Shown piece by piece: positions 28,872 through 40,027 of a DNA stretch of 64,000 nucleotides. The first letter of the stretch is position 1; each line of letters begins with the position of its first letter. A program made the position numbers and the translations under genes. This DNA is from an uncultured Acidimicrobiia bacterium (GTDB lineage: Bacteria > Actinomycetota > Acidimicrobiia > Spongiisociales > UBA5794): assembly GCA_963812375.1 (NCBI GenBank), contig CAWEUW010000006.1, positions 30,837 through 94,836 on the forward strand, read 5' to 3'. The notes under the pieces are model-generated. The model searched no databases. It worked only from the letters and a program-made list of their open reading frames with translations, and was not told the origin of the DNA.

Positions 28872-29309
28872 ATGGGTAACGTGTCGCTCGTGGCGAGCGT
28901 CTTCACCATGATCATCGACGGCGACCTACCCGGGCGCTTCGTGTGGAAGGACGACCGCTGCGTCGCCTTCCTGTCGATCAACCCGCTCGCCGACGGGCAC
29001 GTGCTGGTGGTGCCCCGCGAGGAGGTCGACCACTGGACCGACGCCGATCCCGACCTGCTGGCCCACCTGATGGTCGTCGCCCAGGTGATCGGTCAAGCCC
29101 TGCACGAGGAGTTCGGGCGGGCCCGGGTGGCGCTCAGCATCGTCGGGCTGGAGGTGCCCCACCTCCACATCCACGTGGTCCCCATCGACCGAATGGCCGA
29201 CGTCGACTTCGCCAACGCCGACCCGTCGCCCGACCCGGCCCGCCTCGACGACGTGGCCGAACGGGTCCGCGCGGCGCTGCGGAGGATGGGACGCGGCGAG
29301 GTCGCCTGA
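28872..29309 (+). CDS. HIT-family nucleotide hydrolase/transferase
   Basis: Histidine triad HLHIHVVP and DGHVLVVPR. ATG 28872 lies inside ORF 28581..29309. Confidence 0.85.
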   Translation: MGNVSLVASVFTMIIDGDLPGRFVWKDDRCVAFLSINPLADGHVLVVPREEVDHWTDADPDLLAHLMVVAQVIGQALHEEFGRARVALSIVGLEVPHLHIHVVPIDRMADVDFANADPSPDPARLDDVAERVRAALRRMGRGEVA

Positions 29310-29419
29310 CCGCTCGGGCCCGGTCCGGCGCTACGTTGGGCACGTGACGGGTGCGCAGGGCCACCAGGCCCGCCGGGTGGAACGACGAGCCCGCCTCCGG
29401 TCGCGGGTTGGCCGGCAAG

Positions 29420-30692
29420 ATGCGCGATTCGTCGCTGACCGTCGCCGCTCGGGTCACGGCCTCGTTCGGCTCGCGGCGGCGAGGGTTTCGCCCGGTTGGC
29501 GAGGTCGCACGTCGGATCGTTCGCCGGGGACGCCCTGGTGGGGGTCGCCCTCGCCGGCACGCTCTTCTTCACCCCGCCGTCCACCGAGGCGCGCCAGAAC
29601 CTGGCGCTCTACCTGCTGTTGACGCTGGCCCCGTTCGTCGTGCTCGGTCCATTCCTCGGGAGGCTGTACGAGCGTTTCCCCGGCGCCTACCGGAGCGGCC
29701 TGGTGCTCAGCTCGGCGCTGCGCGCCGGAGCCGCCCTGGTGATGATCCCGGCCCTCGACACCGTGATGCTGTTCCCGCTCGCCTTCGTCATGCTCGTCCT
29801 GTCCCGGTTCCACGGGATCAGCCGCTCCAGCGTGCTGCCCACGGTCCTCGAGCGCCCCCACGAGCTGATCTCGGCCAACGCCGCCATCGCCCGGCTCGGC
29901 GTGTACGGGGCGGCGGTCGCCGGGTTGGTCGGCCTGGCGGCCGTTTGGATCGGCGGACAGGGCCTGGTGCTGGTCGTGGCGGCGCTGGCTTTCACCGTGT
30001 CGGCCATCGCCGCCGGGCGGTTGCCGCCCATCGAGGTCGAGCCACTGGCGCGGGTCCGCCCGGGCCAGCGCACCGGGCTCGCCCGACCGATCCGGCTCAC
30101 CCGCTTCGCCACCGCCGCGGTCCGGCTGCTCAACGGATATCTCGTGGTCCTGGTCGCCTTCGCCCTGCGGGACAGCGACGCGGCGGCGCTCGACTTCGGG
30201 TTCCTGGTGGCGGCTGCCGGGTTCGGCTACGTGGTCGCCGCCATGCTGGTCCCGTTGCTCGACGGCCGGATCGCCGAGGAGCCGATGGTGATCGCGGCGT
30301 TGGCGGTGGAGGCGCTGGCCGCCTTCATCGCCGCCCAGGCATTCGGGTTGCCGGCGGCCGCCGCCCTGGCCGCCGCCGCCGGGATCGCCTGGGGGACCGC
30401 CAAGTTCGGCTTCGACGGGCTGTTGCAGGCGGCGGCTCCCATCGCCATCCGCGGCCGCGCCTTCACCAACAGCGAGACCATGTTCCAGATCGCCTGGGTG
30501 ATCGGCGCCCTGATCCCGATCGTCCCCGGCGTGCCCACCGCGCTCGGCCTGTCGATCGCCGGGTCCGCCGCCCTGGTGATCCAGGTGGTGTTCGTCGCCT
30601 CGCTCTTCCCGGTCGACACCGACCGCGGAGGCGGAGGGACCGCCACCGTCCCCGAGCCACCCGACCAGCCCGGCATCCTCGACGTGCTCTGA
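29420..30692 (+). CDS. MFS-type transporter
   Basis: About 12 hydrophobic segments. ATG 29420 (MRDSSLTVAARV) is in the ORF 29351 frame and joins ORF 29496..30692 after a break near 29490. Confidence 0.65.
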
Positions 30693-30835
30693 AGCCGCTC
30701 ACCGGCAGCGAGCTCGTCGCCGTGGAGCGGGGCCACTCCGGACGGTCTCCATGTCTCGGGGGCGCAAAGCCGGTTCATCCAGCATCTGCCTGACCGATTC
30801 GAGTAGGGTCGGGGACTGCCACCGAGGGAGGGCGA

Positions 30836-32794
30836 ATGAGGTTGTCACTGCGGGCGCTGGTCGTGGCCATGGCTCTGCTTCTCGTCGTGCCGGTCGGCAC
30901 CGCCGGTGCCGAGCAGGGAGGATCGCCACCGGACCGGGAGACGACCCTGGAGTGGCAACGGGCCGGCTTGCAGCAGGTCCCCAAGGCGACCCCGTCGGCG
31001 GCCGCCCTCGCCGACCCGGCGGCGGCCACGGGAGTGAACCCCTACCTCGCCCTGGTCACCGATCCCGCTGCGGTCGACTGGGCGTACTGGCGAGCGGTGG
31101 CCGAGGCCCAGGGTGAGCTGCGCGCCGCCGCCCAGCCTCGTTCCGCCAACCAGATCGGGTACGAGGAGCTCGAGCCCGACGACGTCCACGGCCAGAACGA
31201 CAGCCTGGCCACCGCCGAGCTCGTCAGAGGGTTCGCCACGTCGGCGAGGGCCAGGCCGAACCTGCTGGTGTCGGGCAACGTGGCCGCCTCCACAATCGTC
31301 CCGACGTCGATCTCCTCGGTCGAGGACGACGGATCGATCCCGCTGGCCAACTTGACCGGCTTGGGCGGGGCCCCGGGGGCGATCACCGTGACCGCCGAGG
31401 TGGGTGACGGACCGCACGGCAGCGCCGGCTCGGGCAGCGGCGACTTCGACGTCTACGCCATTGTCGGTGCGACCGCCGGCCAGCTCGTCGTCGCCGACAT
31501 CGACACCGGCGGCTCCGGTCTGGACTCGATGGTCTCGCTGTTCGACGCAACGGGAACGCTCATCGCCTTCAACGACGACGAGAGCTTCCCCGACAACCTG
31601 GACAGCAAGGTGGTCTTCAACCTCCCCGCCGCCGGCGACTACTACGTGATGGTTGCCGGGTTCTCCAACTTCCCTGGCGACCCGTTCGACTCGGGGAGCG
31701 GCAGCGGTGCCGGCAGCGAGGGGACGTACACCCTGAACCTCGGCCTCGATGCCATCGACGTCGACGTGTACGGCTTCGCCCTTCGCCCCGGGGACATCCT
31801 GGGAGCCACCGTCAATGGTGCGGGGACGCTACTCGGCATGTTCGAGCCCGACGGCGAGCAGGTGATGGGCTCGGTTCAGGATGCCTCGTTCATCTACCCG
31901 CCGGAGTCGCCGCTTCCCGGCGGTGGCAACGCCACGCTCGACCACGTCGCCGACACCACCGGCATCCACTACCTGGCGGTGGCGGGCGACGTCGGTGGCT
32001 ATCAGGTCCGGGCCGCCCTGCGGCGCCCGGAGCGGGAGCAGGAGCCGGGCCAGGCCCAGACGCTGTTCGTCGACTTCGACGGGGCGGAGATCGACACCAG
32101 CATCTTCGGCGGGCCCGGGGTCGTCGAGCTGTCGCCGCTGGCCCGGTTCCTCCGACGTTGGGGGCTCACCCGCGCCGACGAGGGGGCGCTGATCGACGCC
32201 ACGATGGCCACGGTGGAGGAGAACCTCCGCGCCGACCTGGCCGCCTCGGGTGGGAATCCGCTCTTCGCGGTCACCATCCTGAACAGCGCCGACCACCCCG
32301 ATCCCTTCGGTACCGACAACGTGAGCCGCCTGATCGTCGGCGGGACCATCGCCGAATCCGGGATCCCCACCATCGGCATCGCCCAGTCGATCGATCCGGG
32401 CAACTTCGGCCACGAGGAGTCGGCGCTGATCCTGCTCGACATCCTGTCCGACCCGGCAGGCGAGTTCGGTGACCCGTCGGCGAACACCTACATCACCGCC
32501 CAGTCCGACGTCGTCGCGTTCGTCGGTCAGGTCCTCGGCAACATCGTCGCCCACGAGGCCGGCCACTACCTGGGGAGCTGGCACGTCGACCAGTTCAACG
32601 ACGCCGCCAACCTGATGGACCAGGGGGGCAACTTCCCGCTGTTGTACGCGGTGGGGCCCGACGGGGTCGGCGGGACCGCCGACGACACCGACGTCGACTA
32701 CGGGGAAGACACGCTGAACCCGAACGAGGGCTTCGTCGGGACCGAGGACACCCTCACGCGCACCGCGTTCGGCCTGAGCCGGGGACGGCGGTAG
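30836..32794 (+). CDS. Secreted zinc metalloprotease with two PPC-like beta modules
   Basis: GAGGGAGGG Shine-Dalgarno. Signal peptide MRLSLRALVVAMALLLVVPVGTAGA. PPC-like blocks DFDVYAI..GDYYVMVAG..YTLNL and DVDVYGF..HYLAVAG. HExxH motif VAHEAGHYLGSWH. Confidence 0.7.
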   Translation: MRLSLRALVVAMALLLVVPVGTAGAEQGGSPPDRETTLEWQRAGLQQVPKATPSAAALADPAAATGVNPYLALVTDPAAVDWAYWRAVAEAQGELRAAAQPRSANQIGYEELEPDDVHGQNDSLATAELVRGFATSARARPNLLVSGNVAASTIVPTSISSVEDDGSIPLANLTGLGGAPGAITVTAEVGDGPHGSAGSGSGDFDVYAIVGATAGQLVVADIDTGGSGLDSMVSLFDATGTLIAFNDDESFPDNLDSKVVFNLPAAGDYYVMVAGFSNFPGDPFDSGSGSGAGSEGTYTLNLGLDAIDVDVYGFALRPGDILGATVNGAGTLLGMFEPDGEQVMGSVQDASFIYPPESPLPGGGNATLDHVADTTGIHYLAVAGDVGGYQVRAALRRPEREQEPGQAQTLFVDFDGAEIDTSIFGGPGVVELSPLARFLRRWGLTRADEGALIDATMATVEENLRADLAASGGNPLFAVTILNSADHPDPFGTDNVSRLIVGGTIAESGIPTIGIAQSIDPGNFGHEESALILLDILSDPAGEFGDPSANTYITAQSDVVAFVGQVLGNIVAHEAGHYLGSWHVDQFNDAANLMDQGGNFPLLYAVGPDGVGGTADDTDVDYGEDTLNPNEGFVGTEDTLTRTAFGLSRGRR

Positions 32795-32903
32795 CCGGCG
32801 GCCTGACGCCCCGTCATCACTGGCGCCAGCTCATCTGCCACCCGTACCGGGCGGTGGATGAGCCCGCGCCACCGGTGGCGGCGTCTGCAGTCGTCGCGTC
32901 GCC

Positions 32904-34239
32904 TCAGGTGGCCTGGTAGTCGACGAAACGGTCGGCGTCGAGCTTGGGCAGCTTCACCCGGAGCCGGGTCCCGGCGGCGACGTGGTCCTCGCCGACGACG
33001 TCGCCCATCTCGTGCAGCCTCGCCACCACGTCGCCCCGGTCGTAGGGGACGACCAGGTCGACCAGGGTCGTCGCCCCCTCCAGCATTGCCGCCACCGCGT
33101 CGAGCAGGCGCTCGATCCCGTCCCCTGATGCCGCGGACACGGCAACGGCGCCGGGGTGGAGTGCCATCAGGCGCTCCACCATCACCGGGTCGGCCACGTC
33201 CGTCTTGTTCACCACGAGGAGCTCGTCGACGGTCCCGGCTCCGATCTGGCGGAGCACCACGTGCACCGCGTCGATCTGGCCGTCGGGGTCGGGACTGGAG
33301 GCGTCGACGACATGGACGAGGAGCGCCGACTGCGCCACCTCCTCCAAGGTCGACCGGAATGCCTCGACCAGCTGGTGGGGGAGGCGGCGGACGAACCCCA
33401 CCGTGTCGCCGACCAGCACGGGTTTGCCGCCGGGCAGCGCCATCCGCCGCACCGTCGAGTCGAGGGTGGCGAACAACCGGTCCTCGACCAGCACACCGGC
33501 CTCGGTGAGCCGGTTGAAGAGCGTCGACTTGCCGGCGTTGGTGTACCCGACCAGCGACACCACGGGGATCTCGGACCGGCGGCGCGCCTTGGCGTTGGTG
33601 GCCCGGGCCTGTCGGATGGTGGCCAGCTCACCCTCGAGCTTGGAGACTCGTTCCAGGATGCGGCGGCGATCCGTCTCCAGCTTGGTCTCACCCGGGCCGC
33701 GGGTGTTGATGCCGGCACCGAGGCGGCTCATCTCCAAGCCTCGCCCGCGGAGCCGGGGGAGCCGGTACCGGTGCTGGGCCAGCTCCACCTGGATCCGACC
33801 CTCGTGGCTGGTGGCGTGCTGGGCGAAGATGTCGAGGATGAGCGCCACCCGGTCGACCACGTCGACATGGAACGACTGCTGCAGGTTGCGTTGCTGGGCG
33901 GGGCTCAGCTCGTTGTCGAACACCACCACGTCGACGTCCAGGGCGGCGACCTCGGCGGCGATCTCGGACGCCTTCCCCGAGCCGATCAGCCGGGCCGGGT
34001 CGGCGTGGTCGCGGCGCACCAGCACGCTCTGAACCGGGTCCGATCCGGCGGTGTCGGTGAGCAGGGCCAGCTCGACCAGGCTGTGCTCGGCCTCGACTGC
34101 GGTCGGCGTCGCCCAGCACCACCCCGACCAGATAGGCGCGTTGGCGGACCACCTGCAGGTCGGTGACGGTGGCGGTGAGGCGCCGGCGGCTCCGTCCTGC
34201 TCGGGCGCGGTCTGTGCGGTCTGCTGGCGGCACGGTCAT
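32904..34239 (-). CDS. hflX: GTPase HflX
   Basis: HflX N-domain VVFDNELSPAQQRNL, G1 GYTNAGKSTL, G3 DTVGF, G4 NKTD. The N-terminus MTVPPADRTD...VRQRAYLVGVV is in the ORF 33688..34239 frame, with breaks near 34030-34100. Confidence 0.88.
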
Positions 34240-34301
34240 CCCTCACATCCAAGCAGGGCATCTTCGGCGAGATCCCACGTGGCGCGAACGAGACGACGAG
34301 G

Positions 34302-34769
34302 TTGGTACCGTTGGGTAGCCGACGAGAAGGAGCGCCCTTGCCGGCGACCGTGGCCCAGATCCTCGCCGTCAAGGGGCGGGACGTGTGGTCGATCCCCGCC
34401 GACACCACCGTCTACAAGGCGCTCCAGGTGATGGCCGAGCACGGCGTCGGCGCACTGTTGGTCATGGACGGCGAGCGCCTCGTCGGGATCGTCTCGGAGC
34501 GGGATTACGCCCGCAAGGTCATCCTGCTCGACCGGGTCTCCAGGCGGACGGCGGTGTCCGAGATCATGACCGGCGACCCGCAGACCGTGACGCCGAGCAA
34601 CTCGGTGACCGAGTGCATGACGCTGATGACCGAGCTGCGCGTCCGCCACCTGCCCGTCATCGAGGACGACCGGGTGGTCGGTCTCGTCTCCATAGGGGAC
34701 GTGGTCAAGCACGTGATCTCCGAGCAGGAGTCGTTGATCGCCCAACTCGAGCAGTACATCACCGGTTAG
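34302..34769 (+). CDS. CBS-pair domain protein
   Basis: Two CBS motifs: VGALLVMDGERLVGIVSERD and VRHLPVIEDDRVVGLVSIGD. The start may be internal, for example the GTG giving VAQILAVKG. Confidence 0.8.
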   Translation: MVPLGSRREGAPLPATVAQILAVKGRDVWSIPADTTVYKALQVMAEHGVGALLVMDGERLVGIVSERDYARKVILLDRVSRRTAVSEIMTGDPQTVTPSNSVTECMTLMTELRVRHLPVIEDDRVVGLVSIGDVVKHVISEQESLIAQLEQYITG

Positions 34770-34780
34770 GACCGGACGGC

Positions 34781-35089
34781 TCAGGCCCCCCGATTGGCGA
34801 CAACGGCGGCGTCGTAGGGCTCGATCATGATGCACTCGCCCGGGCACTCGGTGGCGGCCTCGACCACGTCGTCGATCAGCTTGTCGGGCACCCGGGCAAC
34901 GCCGCGCGATCCGTCGGGGGCGGCCTTGCCGTCGAACACGATGGCGGAGCCGAAGTGCGAGGCCTCTTCCTTGACCACCCACAGCCCGTCGTCGCGACCG
35001 AGGAACACGTCCGGGCAGATCTCCTCGCAGATGCCGTCGCCGGTGCACAGATCCTGGTCGATCCACACCATCAGCTTGGTCTCGGCCAT
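34781..35089 (-). CDS. Small [3Fe-4S]/[4Fe-4S] ferredoxin
   Basis: MAETKLMVWIDQDLCTGDGICEEICP ... CPGECI, a single-cluster actinobacterial-type ferredoxin pattern. ATG at 35087-35089. Confidence 0.8.
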   Translation of the reverse strand: MAETKLMVWIDQDLCTGDGICEEICPDVFLGRDDGLWVVKEEASHFGSAIVFDGKAAPDGSRGVARVPDKLIDDVVEAATECPGECIMIEPYDAAVVANRGA

Positions 35090-35229
35090 CGCCGTCCTCT
35101 CGTGTCGCACCAGTAACTTACCCGCTACCGGCGGTTCGACCGACCGGCGTCGCCGATCGCCCGGCATCGCCCGGCCTCGGAAAAGGCTCGTAGGTGGGAT
35201 ATCCTTGGGCACCCCTTCCCGGAGTTCCC

Positions 35230-35995
35230 TTGAGCCAACTCGGCGAGAAGATCAAGCGGCGGAGGCTGGCGCTCGGCCAGTCTCGGGGCCAGCTCGCCTC
35301 GACCCTGGGCACCACGGCCACCGTCGTCGCCTCCCTCGAGCGTGGCGAGCGCGTTCCCGACGGGGAGACCGTCGCCCTGCTCGCCAAGGCGTTCGGGGTG
35401 GAGCCGCAGGAGCTCACCGGCGAGGGGCCCTCCGCACCGATCGACGCAAGCGCCGTGGTGGGGTCCCGGCAAAGGCCGTCGCCCCACTCGCCGCCGTGGC
35501 TGGTACCGGGGGCGCGGTCGACGGGAAGGCGCCCGCCGCCGAGCCGTCGCCGTCCCACCGCCGCCCGTCCCGGAAACCAGGAGCGTGTTCGACGAGATGG
35601 ACCGGATTCCGGTGGTCGCCGCGGCGGCGGCGACCCGTCCGGCGAAGCGCCCCGCCGACATGCCCGGTCCACCGCCTGCCGAGCTGGTCGACGCCCCCAC
35701 CGAGGCGGTCCCGGTGGTCGGACAGGCGCCGGTGATGGTGGTGACCGCCCCTGCTCCCGCCGCCGCAGAGCCGGCAACGGGGCTCTACGGGTCGTACCGG
35801 CGGTTTCTCGCCGTTCTCTTCGACCGGGACAGGCCCTACTTGTCGTGGATCCGAGCTGCCCTCACCGTCATCGTCCTGCTCATCGGCCTGCGGGTGCTGG
35901 CCTGGGCGGTCCCCGCCTTCTTCGATGCCCTCGGCGACATCCTCTCCACCATCGAGTCGACCAACCCGACGGCGACGACCATTCCCGGCGCCTGA
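35230..35995 (+). CDS. XRE-family HTH protein with Pro/Ala-rich linker and C-terminal membrane anchor
   Basis: TTG 35230 with GGAG 5 nt upstream. HTH LSQLGEKIKRRRLALGQSRGQLASTLGTTATVVASLERGERVP. C-terminal TM ALTVIVLLIGLRVLAWAVPAFF lies in the ORF 35342..35995 frame. At least two breaks. Confidence 0.6.
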
Positions 35996-35999
35996 CGCC

Positions 36000-36902
36000 G
36001 TGACCGCGTCCCGGCTCATCCTCGCAGTGGCCCTGGCGCTGGCGATCGCCTCGTGTGGCGGAGCGAGGGCGACGCCGCCGACCCAGGCACGACCGGGGCG
36101 GCGGCGACGACCATGGCGGCGGTGTCGGAGACCCTTCCTTCCGACGTCGTCGCCATCCGGGCCTCCTCCGACATCGGTCTGGGAACGGAGCGGCTGCTGG
36201 TGGGGCTCGGTGACTGCCTCGGGGCGGCGGCTCGGCTCCCCCGACCAGGCGGTGTCGATCACCGTGCATCCCGAGGGCGAGCCCGACCGGGCCGTCACCG
36301 AGGACGGCACCTGGCTGTGGATCGTCGAGGGGTCCACCGGCCTGTACCGCGCCGAGTTCGACTTCGACCAGCCAGGCATCTGGACGGCGACGGTGACTCC
36401 CGAGGGAAGTGAGCCGCTCGCTCCCATCCCGTTCGAGGTCCAGGAGGACCCGTACGCCCCGGCACTGGGCGAGGCTGCACCCGCTCCCGTCACCCCGACC
36501 CTCGAAGACTCCACCATCGACGAGCTGAGCAGCGACGACGATCCCGACCCGGCGTTCTACCAGCTGTCGCTCGACGAGGCGATCGGCAACGGGAACACCA
36601 CCGTGGTGGTCTTCAGCACCCCGGCGTTCTGCACTTCGGCGGCGTGCGGGCCGTTGCTCGACATCGTCAAGGACGTGGCGCCGGGCCATCCCGACGTCCA
36701 GTTCGTCCATGTCGAGGTGTTCACCGGGCTGACCGAACCCGACTTCGCCCCCGACGCCGCCCACCTCGCCCCGGCGGTCGGCCCGGAGTGGTACAACCTC
36801 CCCTCGGAGCCGTGGGTCTTCGTCGTCGACGGGGACGGGAAGGTCGCCGCGCGATACGAGGGAGTGCTCGATCGCGCCGAGCTCGAGGCCGCCCTCGGAT
36901 GA
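36000..36902 (+). CDS. Thioredoxin-fold lipoprotein (Sco/TlpA-like) upstream of ctaC
   Basis: GTG 36000. Lipoprotein signal LILAVALALAIASCGG. C-terminal region TTVVVFSTPAFCTSAACGP...WVFVVDGDGKV. Frames switch near 36060 and 36230. Confidence 0.55.
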   Translation: MTASRLILAVALALAIASCGGARATPPTQARPGRRRRPWRRCRRPFLPTSSPSGPPPTSVWERSGCWWGSVTASGRRLGSPDQAVSITVHPEGEPDRAVTEDGTWLWIVEGSTGLYRAEFDFDQPGIWTATVTPEGSEPLAPIPFEVQEDPYAPALGEAAPAPVTPTLEDSTIDELSSDDDPDPAFYQLSLDEAIGNGNTTVVVFSTPAFCTSAACGPLLDIVKDVAPGHPDVQFVHVEVFTGLTEPDFAPDAAHLAPAVGPEWYNLPSEPWVFVVDGDGKVAARYEGVLDRAELEAALG

Positions 36903-36941
36903 TTTCCGCCGACCGGGCCTAGATCGGTACGATTCGCCGCC

Positions 36942-38146
36942 ATGCCACCCGAGCGGCGCGATTCATCCTCCGACCGATCGGGGGCGACCGCTTCCGGCCG
37001 GCCCGCCGCTTCGGTCGCCCGGCTCTGCTGGTCATCGCCGTCGTCTCGACGGCGGCCTGCTCCGGCTCAGGGCCGCAGTCGGCGCTGACCCCGGAAGGCC
37101 CGTTCGCCCGCCAGATCGACGACCTGTGGGACCTGGTGTTCTCGCTGGCGGTGGTCGTCTTCGTGCTGGTGATGGCGGTGTTCGTGGTCAGCATCGTCCG
37201 GTTCCGCGAGCGGAAGGAGGACGACCGCGAGCCACGACAGGTCCACGGCAACACCCCGCTCGAGATCGGGTGGACGATCCTTCCCGCCGTGATCCTCGCC
37301 GTGCTGGCGGTGCCGACGGTCCGGGGCATCTTCGAGGTCCGGGCCGAAGCCGAAGGTCCCGACGTCATCCAGGTCCAGGTGACCGGCCACCAGTGGTGGT
37401 GGGAGTTCGAGTACCCGGACCTGGTGTCGACCGACGGGCACAGCCTGGTGACCGCCAACGAGCTGCACATCCCCGCCGGGGTGCCGGTACAGCTCACCAT
37501 GACCTCGCGTGATGTGATCCACTCCTTCTGGGTCCCGCCGCTCAACGGCAAGCGGGACGTGGTCCCCGGGCTCGTCACCGAGCTGGGGCTCGAGGCCGAC
37601 CCCGGCGTCGCCGAGCAGGACTTCGGGTTCGGGGCAGGAGTCATCCCCGGGCAGTGCGCCGAGTTCTGCGGCCTGTCCCACGCCGACATGCGACTGCGGG
37701 TGTTCGTCCAGACCCCGGCGGACTTCGAGGCGTGGGCGGCCGGGCAGCTCGAGCCGGCCGAGGTGCCCGCCGAGGGAGCCGCCGCCGCCGGTTTCGAGAC
37801 CTTCGCCGCCGTCTGCACCGCCTGCCACCAGGCGACGGTCGCCGAGGACGGAGGCGGCGTCTCGGTCCTCGGCGACGAGCAGACCATCGAGGTCGACGGG
37901 ACCACCTTCTCGGCGCAGTACGGCCCCGACCTCACCCACTTCGGGAGCCGTTCCACCCTGGCCGCCGCCGTCCTCACCAACACCGCCGAGCACCTCGCCG
38001 AGTGGATCGACGACCCGTCCGCGGTGAAGCCGATGATGCCGCAACGCAACGACCTGGAGACCGGGCGGATCCTGGGGATGCCCAGCTACGGTCTCGACAG
38101 CGCACAGATCGACGAGCTGGTCGCACTGCTGGAGGGTTGGGGATGA
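36942..38146 (+). CDS. ctaC: Cytochrome c oxidase subunit II with fused cytochrome c domain (caa3-type)
   Basis: Signal/lipobox ALLVIAVVSTAACSG, CuA site HSFWVP...CAEFCGLSHADM, heme c motif CTACH. ATG 36942, then a break near 36960 into the ORF 37136..38146 frame. Confidence 0.88.
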
Positions 38147-40027
38147 CCGCGGTCGCACAGAAGCAGCCGGTGGCCCACGAAGGCCCCACCGGGGCCTGGA
38201 GTTGGATCACCACCGTCGACCACAAGCGGATCGGGCTGCTCTACGCCGTCTCCGCCTTCGCCTTCTTCATCGTCGGCGGCATCGAGGCACTCCTGGTGCG
38301 CACCCAGCTGGCCGAGGCGAATGGAACCATCCTCAGCGCCGAGGCCTACAACCAGCTCTTCACCATGCACGGGCTGACCATGGTGTTCCTGGTGGTGATG
38401 CCCATCGCCTCGGCGTTCACCAACTACTTCCTGCCGATCATGATCGGCGCCCGCGACGTCGCCTTCCCCCGGCTCAACGCCTTCAGCTACTGGCTGTTCC
38501 TGCTGTCCGGGATCATGATCTACTCGTCCTTCCTGGTCGGCGGCGCCCCCGACGGCGCATGGGTGGGGTACGCCCCGCTCTCGGAGCAGCTGACCGAGGT
38601 GGTGCGGATGGACTTCTGGGCGGTGGGGCTCCAGCTGCTCGGGGTGGCCTCCATCGCCTCGTCGGTGAACTTCATCGCCACCGCCTTCACCATGCGGGCG
38701 CCGGGGATGACCATGCTGCGGATGCCGGTGTTCGCCTGGATGTCGCTGGTGGTCGCCTTCCTGCTGCTGTTCTCGCTCCCCTCCATCGGCATCGGGCTGT
38801 TCCAGCTCTTCCTCGACCGCAACTTCGGGGCGACCTTCTACGAGGCGGCGGCCGGCGCCGACCCCCTGTTGTGGCAACACCTGTTCTGGATCTTCGGGCA
38901 CCCCGAGGTGTACGTGCTGGTCCTGCCGGCGATGGGCATCGTCTCCGAGATCCTGCCGGTGTTCAGCCGCAAGCCGCTGTTCGGTTACGAGTTCGTGGTG
39001 TTCTCCGGCGCCGCCATCGGGTTCATCGGGTTCGGGGTCTGGTCCCACCACATGTTCACCAGCGGGATGGGGCCGGTCGCCGAGGCGGGCTTCGCCGTGT
39101 CCACCATGATCATCGCCATACCCACCGGGGTGAAGATCTTCAACTGGATCGGCACCACCTGGGGAGGGCGGCTCCGCATGTCGACCCCCATGCTGTTCTC
39201 GCTCGGGTTCATCGCCATGTTCGTCATCGGCGGGCTCTCCGGGGTCACCCACGCCATCGTGCCCTCGGACTACCAGCAGCACGACACCTACTACGTCGTG
39301 GCCCACTTCCACTACGTGCTGTTCGGCGGCGCCATCTTCGGGTACGTCGCCGGGGTCTACTACTGGTTCCCCAAGTGGACCGGGCGGATGCTGGACGAGC
39401 GGCTGGGCAAGATCCACTTCTGGCTGATGCTGATCGGGTTCAACCTGACCTTCGGCCCGATGCACATCCTCGGGCTCAACGGGATGCCCCGGCGCACCTA
39501 CCGATACCCGGCGGGCCTCGGCTTCGAGTTCTGGAACGCCATGTGCGACCATCGGGTCGTACATCATCGCCTTCTCCATACTCATCTTCATCTACAACCT
39601 GGTGAAGGCCCGCAAGAGCGGGGCGATCGCCGGCAACGACCCGTGGGACGGGCGCACGCTGGAGTGGTCGATCCCGTCGCCGCCGCCGGAGCACAACTTC
39701 GACGAGGTCCCGCTGGTCCGGTCGCTCGACCACTTCTGGCACACCAAGTACACCGAAGACGAGGAAGGCCACGCCGTCCTGGTGCCGGCGGTCACCGGCG
39801 CCGACTCCTCGCTCGATGCCGACGAGGAGGAGGACGGCCACGAGGCGATCCACATGCCGTCGCCGTCCTACTACCCGGCGCTGGCCGCGGTCGGCCTGGT
39901 CACCCTCGGCTACGGGCTGATCTACCTCAACTGGGGCTGGATCGCCGTCGGCGCCGGCTTCGTGGTCGCCCTGTGGGGCTTCTTCGGTTGGTCGCTGGAG
40001 CCGGTGACCAAGGGCGGGGCGCACTGA
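38143..40027 (+). CDS. ctaD: Cytochrome c oxidase subunit I with C-terminal two-helix extension
   Basis: ATG 38143 overlaps the ctaC stop (ATGA). WIFGHPEVYVLVLP, SHHMF, VAHFHYV. A break near 39550 leads into a tail in ORF 39602..40027. Confidence 0.92.
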
